Below, piece after piece: positions 19,898-29,862 of a stretch of DNA of 64,000 nt; position 1 is the first letter of the stretch; each line of letters starts with the position of its first letter. The DNA lies in the NCBI GenBank assembly GCA_965199495.1, contig CBDASK010000003.1, forward strand, positions 544,001 to 608,000, in the 5' to 3' direction. A program made the position numbers and the translations under genes. Under the pieces are notes generated by a model. It had not been told where the DNA came from and did no database searches. It saw nothing but the letters and a program-made list of their open reading frames with translations. Source of the stretch: Abditibacterium sp. (GTDB lineage: Bacteria > Armatimonadota > Abditibacteriia > Abditibacteriales > Abditibacteriaceae).

Positions 19898-21466
19898 ATG
19901 ATCACTCTCAAACGAAACACCAGCCACGATGGATTGAGGAACAACATCGAATTTTTTGTGCTCACCCATTTCAAAAGTTTCTGGCATTTGGCGCAACGCC
20001 AGCCCGCATTGCGGCGCCCGATCAACGCGTTCCTCATCAACAACGCTGTTGCAAAAACCAAAAGACGACCTTACCCGTTGTCCACGATGAATAACTATAC
20101 CTCGTGGGATTCGCTGGTTGACCGCACTTATCATGGGCGCCATTTGCCACCTCACCCGCGCGCGGAAAACGAACTGCCCGACATTGAACGTGTCATCAAA
20201 CTCTTCGAGCGCAAAAACGGTTTCATCGCTTCGCCCAAATCAACGCTGCTGTTCGCCTATTTCGCCCAGTGGTTCACCGACGGCTTTTTGCGTACCGACC
20301 GCAGCAATGCACTGAAAACCACTTCCAATCACGAAATTGATCTGAGTCCACTTTACGGCCTGAATCCAAAATTCACTCAACTTATTCGCAGCCACGGCGA
20401 CGGCAAACTCAAAAGTCAATTCATCAACGGCGAAGAATATGCGCCCTTTTACTTCGACGAAAATGGCCAAGTCAAAGAGGAATTTCAGGATTTACCGATT
20501 CTCTTGCCGGACGATTTAGACCCGGCGCTCAAGCCCAATTTGTTCGCAATGGGCGGCGACCGCGCCAACAATCAAGTTGGTTATGTGATGCTCAATACCT
20601 TGTTTTTGCGCGAGCATAATCGCCTCTGCGAAGTGTTGAAAAGCCAGAACGCCGATTGGGATGACGAACGCCTGTTTCAGACCGCACGCAATATCATGGT
20701 CGTGCTGCTGATTAAAATCGTGATTGAGGAATATATCAATCACATCGCGCCGCTTTACTTCAAATTTTTTGCCGATCCGTTGGCGTTTTCCAGCGCGCCC
20801 TGGTATCGCCAGAACTGGATCGCTATCGAGTTCGATCTGCTCTATCGCTGGCATTCGCTTATTCCCGACACAGTGCGCCTTGGCGGAGCGCAACACCCGG
20901 TTCAGGCGACGTTCTGGAACAGTTCTTACCTGATCGACAACGGTTTGGGAAGTTGCATGGAAGAGGCTTCGTCGCAAGCCGCAGGCGTCATCGGCCCTTT
21001 CAACACTGCGCCCGAATTGATGGACGTGGAGCGCGCCAGCGTTCGGCTCGACCGTCTGGCGCAACTCGCTTCCTACAACGATTACCGCGAAGTCGTGGGC
21101 TACGGGCGCGTCACAGCGTTCGATCAAATTTCGGGCGATGTCGAAGTTCAGAAAATGTTGAGCGAACTTTATGAGGGCGACGTGGATAAAGTCGAGTATT
21201 ACGTCGGTTTGTTCGCCGAAGAAACCGACGTAAACGCCGTCAACGCGCCGCTCATCGGACGATTGGTGGCTCTTGATGCGTTCTCGCAGGCGTTGACCAA
21301 TCCGTTACTGGCCGAAAACATTTACAACGAAACCACTTTTTCCGCCGAAGGTTTGCAGATTATCGAGCGCACCCACAACTTATCGGACATCGTTCATCGC
21401 AACCTCGCGCCCGACAAACGCCGTTTTTGGGTTTCCATGACGCGCAAAGGCTGGCGCCCCACCTGA
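19898..21466 (+). CDS. Cyclooxygenase-like haem dioxygenase (bacterial COX relative)
   Basis: LFAYFAQWFTDGF, HEIDLSPLYG, LFLREHNRLC, WDDERLFQTAR, IEFDLLYRWHSLIP, VEYYVGLFAE. Confidence 0.88.
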   Translation: MITLKRNTSHDGLRNNIEFFVLTHFKSFWHLAQRQPALRRPINAFLINNAVAKTKRRPYPLSTMNNYTSWDSLVDRTYHGRHLPPHPRAENELPDIERVIKLFERKNGFIASPKSTLLFAYFAQWFTDGFLRTDRSNALKTTSNHEIDLSPLYGLNPKFTQLIRSHGDGKLKSQFINGEEYAPFYFDENGQVKEEFQDLPILLPDDLDPALKPNLFAMGGDRANNQVGYVMLNTLFLREHNRLCEVLKSQNADWDDERLFQTARNIMVVLLIKIVIEEYINHIAPLYFKFFADPLAFSSAPWYRQNWIAIEFDLLYRWHSLIPDTVRLGGAQHPVQATFWNSSYLIDNGLGSCMEEASSQAAGVIGPFNTAPELMDVERASVRLDRLAQLASYNDYREVVGYGRVTAFDQISGDVEVQKMLSELYEGDVDKVEYYVGLFAEETDVNAVNAPLIGRLVALDAFSQALTNPLLAENIYNETTFSAEGLQIIERTHNLSDIVHRNLAPDKRRFWVSMTRKGWRPT

Positions 21467-21587
21467 CAATGGCGAGTTTTGCTCGCCTCGACCAACGCGC
21501 AATAACGCGAAACACACGGAGATATTCACATGGGCAAGCCATCTGGTTCCGGTCGCCGCCAATCCGAATCTGCAAAAATAGGGTTTC

Positions 21588-22038
21588 TATCGACGGCTCA
21601 GGTTCACCACGCAGGGCCGATTCAACGCCGCTTTTTCAAAAATGTAGTCCGTCGCTTCCAGCACGCAGCGCGAGTTGCCAAACGAATCTTCGTCCGCGTA
21701 ATTTTGACCCCGCCAGCAGCCACGCCGCCCCAGTCCACGACTTCGTAGCGCATAACTCCCTCGTGTGCGAAGGTCAGTCGCGCCGTAATTTGTGCGGCGC
21801 CCAGAAATTGAACAACATCGATTCCGTTATCGAGCGGCAGTGACGAGAGGACACCGCCGATGGTTAAATCGGGGCCGGGAACGAATACCGACGGCGGCTC
21901 GAAAGTAATGACATTCGCCAGAGGCTTGCCCGCCAAATCCGGCCCCGCGAGTTCGATGTGCCCGGAGTTTTGGTAAATCCGCGCCTGCAAGTGGCCGGAA
22001 TCGAACGACAGAAAGTGGCCTGTGGGTGGTAAGAGCAT
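21588..22038 (-). pseudogene. Chimeric remnant: N-terminus of an unknown (possibly glycosidase-associated) protein joined to an S8-peptidase-like fragment
   Basis: The ORF from 22038 loses plausibility near 21710, while another frame reads SFGNSRCVLEATDYIFEKAALNRPCVVNLS, a subtilase-like segment. Confidence 0.45.
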
Positions 22039-22061
22039 GAGAATTTATCCTGCTGCGTTGT

Positions 22062-24674
22062 TCAGGCTTCAAACAAACGGACAGATAATTGATAACTTGC
22101 CTCTGTCTGCATGAGCGGGCCGGTTACGGTGACTTGTTCATCTCCACTTTGCCTTAATCTGTCGTAAGCGCCTGCTTCTTCCTCTTCCAGTGGTTTAAGA
22201 CTGCGGGCTGTATGATCCCACTGAATCCTATCCTCCGCTCTCAGAGGTCTGAGCTGGACATCTGGCCTTTCCGTGTTGACCAGATAAAGTGTTTCCTCGC
22301 GTGCTTCGATGCGCCCCCGCAAAGTGACTTCGACGCCACGCAGCACATACGTCCCGTTGACCATGCTGCGGAACTGGCTGTCCCACGCGTTCAACTGCGG
22401 CAAACGTTCGTCCTGCAAAAATACTTTCGCCGTTGAATCGTTCGTATCTGGAACCGGATTTACCATTTCCACGCCTTGCAAATTGCGCAACGCCTCGTAG
22501 GCGCCGCCCCAGCAGGAGCCGATTCCATAAGGACAAGTTCCGGTGATGCCAACCACAACGGCGGTGCCTTTGGCGGTTGCGGCTACTTCGGTTTCGCGGC
22601 TGGAAATCCGCGAATGGGCGCCCGTTTGCGCAACCACCGGGCTGAGCCTTAGCAACTCATTCATTGCAACTGGCGCTGCCAGCAGAGCAGGAGCCACGTC
22701 CAACTGAATTCGGATGATTTTGGCAACCGAAGGCACGCCATCTTTGAGGATGAACAGCAGGTAATATCCGGGCGGACAAAGATTCGGCGAATCTGGGGCG
22801 GTCACCGTAAGTTTGTCCGCGTTCACCTTAAAATCCAGAAAATTAATGCGTTGGCTTTGATCGAAAGCGTGCGTTACCGACGCCAAGCGAATCCAACTCA
22901 CTTGGCTGATTTCATCCGCCTGAGCGGTATCAACCGCGAAACTTTCGCCGTAATCAACCGAAGCTGGAGCCGATGTAATCAGGGGACGCGGGCCTTGGAA
23001 AAGATAGGGCGGAGAAAAAACTTGGGCCTCGCGGTGGCTATCCAAAGGATCGTTGGTATTGACGTTGTCGGGCCGATACTCGCCGCCGCCCGCGCTCAGC
23101 ACGCGTCCATCGGGCAACAGCACGGCTGTCGAATGATAACCGCGATCAACCTCTTCCGCCGCCAGTTCCGTCCACCTTTGGGTCGCCGGATTCCACAATT
23201 CGGCGGTGTGAACAGGTTGGCCCGCAGCCAAATCGTTGAACCCATCGTTGAAGCCACCGCCGCCGCGCGTGCCGCCGGTTACTAAAACCGTGCCATCGGG
23301 CAAAATGACCGCGTTATGCTGGCGCCGAGGAAATTGCATCGGGTTGGTCGCCTGCCACTGGCGCGGATTCTGAGCGAGATCAATCACTTCGGCTGCCGCA
23401 GTGGGCGCGCGCGAACCCGCGTTATTGCCGCCACCAATGTAGATGACTTTATCGGCATCATACATCACCGAGGGACAATAATCGCGCTGTCCATTGGCTC
23501 GAAGCCCCACTTCCGTCCACCCGCCGGGTTGCGAAGTTTGCAACAAGGAGGTTTGAGCCAAAGCGCCGGACATGAAAACCCGGCCATCGGTGGCGACGTG
23601 CATACGCGGATAAAGCGACAAACCGAAAAAATTCAGATCATCGCCATTGGGTTTCTTGATCGTTTTCCAAGTGCCGTTTTCCCATATCTGTAACAGAGCA
23701 ACAACAACGGTTTGTTGGCCCTGCGGGCGGTTGGGGTCAATGTAGCTGCCGGAAAGCACCAGCACATTGCCGTTGGGTAAAGTCGTCGCCGTCGGATACC
23801 AGCGCCGCAACGTCTCTCCGCCCATCGGAGCGGTGGGTGCCCAGGTGCCGGGAGCGTTGCTCTCGGCAGGAGCCGGGGAATAGATAATCGCTTGGTCGAG
23901 GCCGTCGCCGTCGAAGTTATGGCCACCAACCACCAGCAGACGCCCATCCGGCAGAAAGGCGTGGCCCGAACAAAACAGGTTGACGGTCGTTCCATCTGCG
24001 CGCTTCGGCGGAAGTGTGTTGACCGTTTTTGCGGTTGTGGAATCCATCGGGTCAAGCGGGTCAAGTGGATCCCAGACAAAAGGCGTGCAGCGATGCACGT
24101 CTAAATTGTCGGGGTCTGAAGCGTCGCGTCTGCCCCACATCAGAACGCGACCATTGCGTAGCACATGAGTGTGAATAGCCACGTTGGGAAGCAGAAAAAC
24201 AGGCGACCATAGTCCTTTCTCGGCGCTGCTTTCAATGCTGAATCGGAACGGCGCATTTTGCGCGGCAACCTCATTATCCGCTCGCACCGAATCATTGCCA
24301 CCAGCGTCGGCGTGCAGAAAAGTTAAATCGCGGTCGCTGTAAGCGAGCTGGAGATAGTATTGAATTTCATCGCCAGTCTGGAAAGCCTTTGAAGTTTCTG
24401 CGGAAATGGTGGCCGTAAAATACTTGTTGTTCTCCACTTCTCTGAAAAACTTCATCGGCAATTCTGTCCAAGGCCCGGCGTTGCCATTTCTGAAAAAGAC
24501 ACTGCTGCCGTCCTGCAACTGGTTGCCCTGCCCGGCGCCGCCCTGAAATTGGTTGCCACTGATAATCGTGATGGCCATTCCCGGAACGAGTGCGCCGTTG
24601 GGATCGCGCATGGCTCCGCGCCCACGAGGTTCGGGATGGTTAGGAATGTGCCATGCGTTGCCGAAATTTGCCAT
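22062..24674 (-). CDS. Galactose-oxidase-like copper radical oxidase (AA5-like kelch + DUF1929) with extra N- and C-terminal domains
   Basis: NLFCSGH (Cys), RRWYPT (Tyr), RGYHSTA (Tyr-His), VTHAFDQSQR (His), PPGYYLLF. Confidence 0.88.
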   Translation of the reverse strand: MANFGNAWHIPNHPEPRGRGAMRDPNGALVPGMAITIISGNQFQGGAGQGNQLQDGSSVFFRNGNAGPWTELPMKFFREVENNKYFTATISAETSKAFQTGDEIQYYLQLAYSDRDLTFLHADAGGNDSVRADNEVAAQNAPFRFSIESSAEKGLWSPVFLLPNVAIHTHVLRNGRVLMWGRRDASDPDNLDVHRCTPFVWDPLDPLDPMDSTTAKTVNTLPPKRADGTTVNLFCSGHAFLPDGRLLVVGGHNFDGDGLDQAIIYSPAPAESNAPGTWAPTAPMGGETLRRWYPTATTLPNGNVLVLSGSYIDPNRPQGQQTVVVALLQIWENGTWKTIKKPNGDDLNFFGLSLYPRMHVATDGRVFMSGALAQTSLLQTSQPGGWTEVGLRANGQRDYCPSVMYDADKVIYIGGGNNAGSRAPTAAAEVIDLAQNPRQWQATNPMQFPRRQHNAVILPDGTVLVTGGTRGGGGFNDGFNDLAAGQPVHTAELWNPATQRWTELAAEEVDRGYHSTAVLLPDGRVLSAGGGEYRPDNVNTNDPLDSHREAQVFSPPYLFQGPRPLITSAPASVDYGESFAVDTAQADEISQVSWIRLASVTHAFDQSQRINFLDFKVNADKLTVTAPDSPNLCPPGYYLLFILKDGVPSVAKIIRIQLDVAPALLAAPVAMNELLRLSPVVAQTGAHSRISSRETEVAATAKGTAVVVGITGTCPYGIGSCWGGAYEALRNLQGVEMVNPVPDTNDSTAKVFLQDERLPQLNAWDSQFRSMVNGTYVLRGVEVTLRGRIEAREETLYLVNTERPDVQLRPLRAEDRIQWDHTARSLKPLEEEEAGAYDRLRQSGDEQVTVTGPLMQTEASYQLSVRLFEA

Positions 24675-24720
24675 TGTTTTTCTCCTTAATCAGAGGTTGT
24701 ATCTCACCAAAACACGCAGT

Positions 24721-24758
24721 GCGGGCGACGTGGCTACAACATGAGCCACGTCGCCCGC
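24721..24758. repeat. 15-bp perfect-stem GC hairpin between the GH130 and oxidase genes
   Basis: GCGGGCGACGTGGCT-N8-AGCCACGTCGCCCGC with no clear U-tract. Confidence 0.7.
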
Positions 24759-24843
24759 GCTCTGGGGTTTTGGTGAGATGGAATGCCATCTTTTCACTTT
24801 TTATACGCCGGTTCAGCGTGTATTCGCGCGGCGCGGTTCTCGC

Positions 24844-26103
24844 TTACCCGGCCATTCGCGGGTCTGGGGCCGGGGCCGTCATGGCTACGGGCATCGGTTC
24901 GGCCACAACGCCGCCTTTTGGATCGTAGACCGCCACGCCAACCAGAGAATCAGCACACCCGTAATAGAGGAACCATTTTTTGTTGAAACGCACTAAACCC
25001 TCGGTGAAAGTCGTGCCGCCGATGTATTGGCCCCTCATCTCGAAAGGCAATTGCGGTTTGTAGAAGGGTTCGTCCAGTCGGCCCAAAAGTTTCGCGGGAT
25101 TGCTGGCGTCGAAGAGAGCCTGACCCGCAGCATAGGCATCGCGCCCCAGACCCGGCGCACCATTGCTATCGCTATTTTTGCCGTTGTAAATCAACAGAAT
25201 ACCCTGCTCTGTCACCACCGGCGGCGGCCCCACTTCGGCCAGATTGCTATCGAACTTGCCCCGCCGAGGACTGAGGAGATCGAGCAATTTTCCCTGCTCA
25301 TCCTCGACGGGTTGCCAGTTGATCAGATCGTCCGAAGTCGCCAGATGGATGCTGCCTTCGCCCCAATACATCCAATATTTTCCGTTGATTTTAGCGGCGA
25401 TTAAGCGTCCTTTGGCCGGGCGGGCGAGAATCCCCGCCGATTTGTAACGTAGATCGCTGTATTTGCCGCCGTAAGCCTTGGCGAAGGCTTGGCCGTGTTT
25501 AGTCCAATGCACCAAATCTTTGGAAGTCGCCACGCCCACGCGAAATGTCGAGCGATTCCACTGGGTGTAGGTCAAGATGTAAGTGCCATCTTCGCTTTCC
25601 GTGATGCGCGGGTCTTCGCAGCCACCGGGCCATTCGTTATCTTTCTGAACGTCGTTATCCGGGTAAAATACCGGAGTTGGCGCCTCGGTAAAATGCAATC
25701 CATCGCTGCTTTGCGCCAGCCCCAACCGCGAAGTATGATGGCCGATCTCCATCGTGCCGGAATCGTCCTCAGCGCGATAAAGCACGTAAATTTTACCGTC
25801 CCGCACGACAGCCGCCGGGTTAAAGGTATGCAGCGCTTCCCAATGAACCTGCTGTCCGCTAACGGGATCGAGAAAGGTGGATTTGGGATTGGGCTTGATG
25901 AGCGGGTTAATGCCCGCAGGTCGCACAAACGGTCCCAGCGCCCATTTCGGTAACGGCTGAGTCGTCGCCGTCGGGTCGGCGGAAGCACGCGAAACCATCA
26001 AAAAGCCAGCGCCCACCACGAGAGCAACTCGCAGGATTGGAAGGCAACGTGGCTGGTCGAAAGAGCGCAATAGAGGCGCGCGGAGGAAGTTTAAAAATCG
26101 CAT
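24844..26103 (-). CDS. GH130-family glycosidase, secreted
   Basis: TFNPAAVV..YVLYRAED..SRLGLAQSSDG..GCEDPRI..TFTEGL..LYYGCADS; signal-like N-terminus. Confidence 0.88.
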   Translation of the reverse strand: MRFLNFLRAPLLRSFDQPRCLPILRVALVVGAGFLMVSRASADPTATTQPLPKWALGPFVRPAGINPLIKPNPKSTFLDPVSGQQVHWEALHTFNPAAVVRDGKIYVLYRAEDDSGTMEIGHHTSRLGLAQSSDGLHFTEAPTPVFYPDNDVQKDNEWPGGCEDPRITESEDGTYILTYTQWNRSTFRVGVATSKDLVHWTKHGQAFAKAYGGKYSDLRYKSAGILARPAKGRLIAAKINGKYWMYWGEGSIHLATSDDLINWQPVEDEQGKLLDLLSPRRGKFDSNLAEVGPPPVVTEQGILLIYNGKNSDSNGAPGLGRDAYAAGQALFDASNPAKLLGRLDEPFYKPQLPFEMRGQYIGGTTFTEGLVRFNKKWFLYYGCADSLVGVAVYDPKGGVVAEPMPVAMTAPAPDPRMAG

Positions 26104-26202
26104 CGAGGACTTGATTGACGTTGGATATAAATAGAGCGTAACCTAAATTTTTTGGCAATTTTGCCAACGGGACTAACGTCCTTAAAAATACAAGCGAACT
26201 TA

Positions 26203-26376
26203 GAGGTTGTGCTTGAATGGAGTCATTGGCTGTGTTTTGCGGTTTGGAGCGCGGGATTTATCCCGTTCAGAGCGTTGGATTTGCGTTCAATTCCCGGCAG
26301 TTTCTTGTTTTGACGGGCTAAAGCCCGCGCTCCAAACTAGTTCACAGTTTCTATAACTGTATTCGGGCACAGCCTC
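26203..26376. mobile_element. MITE-like element with IS5-like ends, enclosing a REP doublet
   Basis: Outer imperfect IR GAGGTTGTGCTTGAAT..ATTCGGGCACAGCCTC. Inner arms GTTTGGAGCGCGGG.. (26242-26266) and ..CCCGCGCTCCAAAC (26313-26337). Confidence 0.65.
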
Positions 26377-26525
26377 TGAACATTAAGGAACCGGCACGGA
26401 ATTCTTAATGAGCGCGGCGCGTAAATCTTGAGCTTTCGATGAGAGCAAAAGTAAAAGAGCCTACCATCGCTAAAATTATCTTTATATTTTCGGATTATCG
26501 CAACTCCGATTTGGCGATCCTTTCG

Positions 26526-29500
26526 TCAATCGCCCGCTTCGGCGAGCAGACTGGCGAACGCGGTCACGAAACTGGCGCCGTTGGAGCCGTCGGGATCGGC
26601 GATGTCGTCGGTTGCGGGCAAAATCGTGGTGTCGAGCGGGCCGGGCCACAACGGTTGAATGCGGCCCAATCCGCCTTCGCCCAGCCAGCGTTTCACCAAC
26701 TCGAAACTGGAAGCCGGGTGGCCGAGACTGATCCATTCCGCGCTCGCGGGCGTGCCGTTGGGCGCCGCGACGCCGAGTTTGGCGGCCATCAGATTGCGAC
26801 GAAAAGCGCGCACCTGCTTCGAGTAACCGCGCTCCAACTGGCGGTCGAACGAAGCGATAGCCGCCGAGCCGTCGAAGGTGAGGCCGCGCCTGCGAAAATG
26901 AGTCGCGCCACTGAGGCACCACACATCATCAACGAACACGCAGGTCGTGCGGATAAACGCGGGCCGACCGGGAAAACCGACGGGATGAAACACTACGACG
27001 CGGTCGGGCGCGGCGCTTTGCAGGTCATTGGCGGCCTGCAAACGCGCGCGGAAATGCTGGCGCGACCATCCGCGATATGGGGGCGCGAAATCGGACTCGC
27101 GCGGCGTGCAAACGATAACTTTGAGGTTGGGATGCGCGCCTAAACTGGCGATAATTTCCGCCACTAAATCAACGGTTGCGCCCGTTCCGGTGTGCGCGAA
27201 TTGCGGCGATTCAATGTAAATCAGCTCGCGCGCTTCGCGCAGTGCGCGCCGCAACGACCACATCGCATCGCGCAGACCATTGGCCGAAACCACGAATTCG
27301 CGGCGCACTTCGGCCTGCAAACGCTGTTCGTTGGGGCTGTTAAACGTCGGCGGCGTCACGCCCAAAGCATTGGCAATCGCGTTGATGCCCTGCTGCACCG
27401 TCGTTCCGGGCGCGGGCGGCGTCAGCGCGCTCAGTTCGGGCGTTTCGCAGATGGCGGCGACGGTTTCGAGCAGCACTCCAACGCCGGTTAAAGCCGAATT
27501 GGAATCAATCGGCAAGTTAAAATTATCGCCCGCCATGCCCACGATCCAGCCCGGCGTGGCTGCACCGAGAGGCACAATCGGCTGAGCGCGGCGCATCGCG
27601 TGACGCGCCAAATCGTAGGCCAGAGCGCCCGAAACGTGGATGCCCGACGCGTGAACATCCGGCCCCGCCGGGTTGCCGGGATTGCCGCTCGCATGGAGCG
27701 CCGAACGGGTTTCGCTCGCCCAGCGCCCGCCGCTCAAAACGGCTTCCCACAATATGGGCGGAGCAGGAGCCACGCCGACGGTGCCCGTCGCCAGTATCGT
27801 CTCGAAGCGCGCCATTGTGGGCAGTCGCGGCCCTTGGCGCGGCGAGGTTTCCGACGCCAGAGCGCGCACGAAGCCGATGATGCCGCCCGGCGCGACGCCC
27901 GGCGGTGCCACAGTGGTGGGAATACCAAAGAGCGGAACTGGCGCGACCGACTCGAAAATCGGCGGCATTAAACTGACTGGGTTGGTGCCCGCGAACGGGC
28001 TGACCGGCAGAGCGGCGGGGCCGGGCGCGACGGCAACGGCGACATGAGCCGTCAAGCGGCGCGTGCCGACGCGCGGCGCGACCACGATGTCCATCGTCAG
28101 ATTCGCCGGATTGGGACGCGCTTGCCCGCTCGTTAGCTGAAACGGGTTGGGCACCGTAATCAGCGTTGCGGCGCCCGCGACGGCGAGGCTGGCGCCGCCA
28201 TCGCCGCGCACGAACGACGGCTCGGCGGTGATGGCCGGAATCAACACGAACTGGCGCGGATAAATGCGAATATGCGCGCCCGGCGGCGCTTTGTCGGCGG
28301 CGATGGTGACGACGACATCGTTGCCCGCCGTCCACGCGGCGCTAATGCCGTCGGCGGGCGAAGCGGGCGGATTGGGAAGAGCGGCGCCGGAATTGGGAGT
28401 CGGAAAAGCGGGCCAGTGCGGGTTGACATCAGCGGCTGTCGGCACGCTCATCGAGAGGTCGAGGACGGGCGAAACCGCCAGAATCATGCTCTGCGCGGGC
28501 CGCGTCAACACCAAATCGGCCTGTCTCAAAACGTCCGGGCCTTCGGTTAAATAGTTGATGGCGATGTTATCGCGCACGATGGGCAGCACGTCCGCCGGAA
28601 TACCGCCATCGTCGGGGCCGATGCCCAGCACACTCGCGCCCGTGCGGTTGCCCAGCAGCGCCCAGTTCGTATCCACGACCGCGACCTGATAAAACTGGCG
28701 CGGCAAATTGGCAAGCGGCGGCGGCACCAAACGAGTCGTTCCCAAAACGCCGTTGGTGGCCCAGCCCCAGCGCAGACGCCCCCCATCGGTTCCCGCCGTG
28801 TCGATGCCATCGCCCGCCGCCAGACTCACCAAACCACTGGCGGGAACCGCGCCCGTGCCCGTGCCCGCGCCGTTTTTGGTGATGAGCGTGGCGCCGGGAA
28901 ACGCCGGTTGATAAACGCCGCCGTGCAAATCAACGCAGTGAATTAAAGTTCCCGTCGCCAGAGTTGCAATTGACGCGATGCCGCCGGGATTATTAGCCGG
29001 AGAAGTCGAGTTTTTCCACACCAGACCGCCCAGAGCGACGCGCAAATCGTCGAAAAGCGCCGCGACGTAAACCGGATCGAGAATTCTGCCGCGCGCATCG
29101 TGCCATGAGACGGCGCCACTGATGGCGGTCAGCGATTCGTCGGTTATCGCGTCGTCGGCCTCGAACCAGCGCGCCGTGGTAAAACCGGCGGCGCCGCGCA
29201 CCAACAGGGCGTGCGGAACTGGCAGAATCGTCGGATTTCCGGCTCCTGCATGGCGCGAGGCGACCAAAGTTTCGAGGCGCAAAGCCGCCTGGGGATGCAA
29301 GCGAAAAATGGTGGACGGCCCACTGAGCGGCTGTCCATCGGCGCCCGAAAACGCGTCGGTGCGCGCTCCGCTTCCCAGTCGCAAGGAAACCGCACTGCCC
29401 GCGCCGAAGGCTTGTTTGGCGGTGCCCTGCGCGCCGCGCGTGATGGTGAGCGTATCGCCACTGCGCGCGGTGCAAGCCACGACTTCTTGCTGCGCGCCGC

Positions 29501-29837
29501 CCGCACTCGAAAGGTCGAGCAGCACATCGCCGCCCCCGGTCGGAGCGGGAAAGCGACTGCCCTGCCCCGCCGCGACCTGCAAAGTCGTGGCGGAATTGCT
29601 CAGCGCGTTCGCGAGCGTCGAAGCGGCGGGCGAAAACGCGAATTCGCGGATGCCGCGAAACGGCGCGTGGAGCGCGGTGACGTTGAGCGTCAGCGCATTG
29701 GCGTCGTAGGTCGGCGCCGAGGTGTCCCAGCGCGTGGACAGCGAAACGCCGCCGAGACCGAGGGCATCGAGTCCGTTGTTTTGCAGATTCTGCTGCACCG
29801 CCGAAGGCGTCAGCGTCGTGATAGAGGTTGGTGGCAT
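26526..29837 (-). CDS. Large protein with an N-terminal phage tail-fibre-type module and a C-terminal degenerate phospholipase D-like domain
   Basis: STLANALSNSATTLQV..EVVACTARSGDTLTITRGAQGT..AGSAVSLR; ARELIYIESPQF; FIRTTCVFVDDVWCLSGATHFRRRGLTFD at the HKD position without His or Lys. Confidence 0.75.
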   Translation of the reverse strand: MPPTSITTLTPSAVQQNLQNNGLDALGLGGVSLSTRWDTSAPTYDANALTLNVTALHAPFRGIREFAFSPAASTLANALSNSATTLQVAAGQGSRFPAPTGGGDVLLDLSSAGGAQQEVVACTARSGDTLTITRGAQGTAKQAFGAGSAVSLRLGSGARTDAFSGADGQPLSGPSTIFRLHPQAALRLETLVASRHAGAGNPTILPVPHALLVRGAAGFTTARWFEADDAITDESLTAISGAVSWHDARGRILDPVYVAALFDDLRVALGGLVWKNSTSPANNPGGIASIATLATGTLIHCVDLHGGVYQPAFPGATLITKNGAGTGTGAVPASGLVSLAAGDGIDTAGTDGGRLRWGWATNGVLGTTRLVPPPLANLPRQFYQVAVVDTNWALLGNRTGASVLGIGPDDGGIPADVLPIVRDNIAINYLTEGPDVLRQADLVLTRPAQSMILAVSPVLDLSMSVPTAADVNPHWPAFPTPNSGAALPNPPASPADGISAAWTAGNDVVVTIAADKAPPGAHIRIYPRQFVLIPAITAEPSFVRGDGGASLAVAGAATLITVPNPFQLTSGQARPNPANLTMDIVVAPRVGTRRLTAHVAVAVAPGPAALPVSPFAGTNPVSLMPPIFESVAPVPLFGIPTTVAPPGVAPGGIIGFVRALASETSPRQGPRLPTMARFETILATGTVGVAPAPPILWEAVLSGGRWASETRSALHASGNPGNPAGPDVHASGIHVSGALAYDLARHAMRRAQPIVPLGAATPGWIVGMAGDNFNLPIDSNSALTGVGVLLETVAAICETPELSALTPPAPGTTVQQGINAIANALGVTPPTFNSPNEQRLQAEVRREFVVSANGLRDAMWSLRRALREARELIYIESPQFAHTGTGATVDLVAEIIASLGAHPNLKVIVCTPRESDFAPPYRGWSRQHFRARLQAANDLQSAAPDRVVVFHPVGFPGRPAFIRTTCVFVDDVWCLSGATHFRRRGLTFDGSAAIASFDRQLERGYSKQVRAFRRNLMAAKLGVAAPNGTPASAEWISLGHPASSFELVKRWLGEGGLGRIQPLWPGPLDTTILPATDDIADPDGSNGASFVTAFASLLAEAGD

Positions 29838-29862
29838 AGCGCCTTCTTTTTGGGTTACGGGA

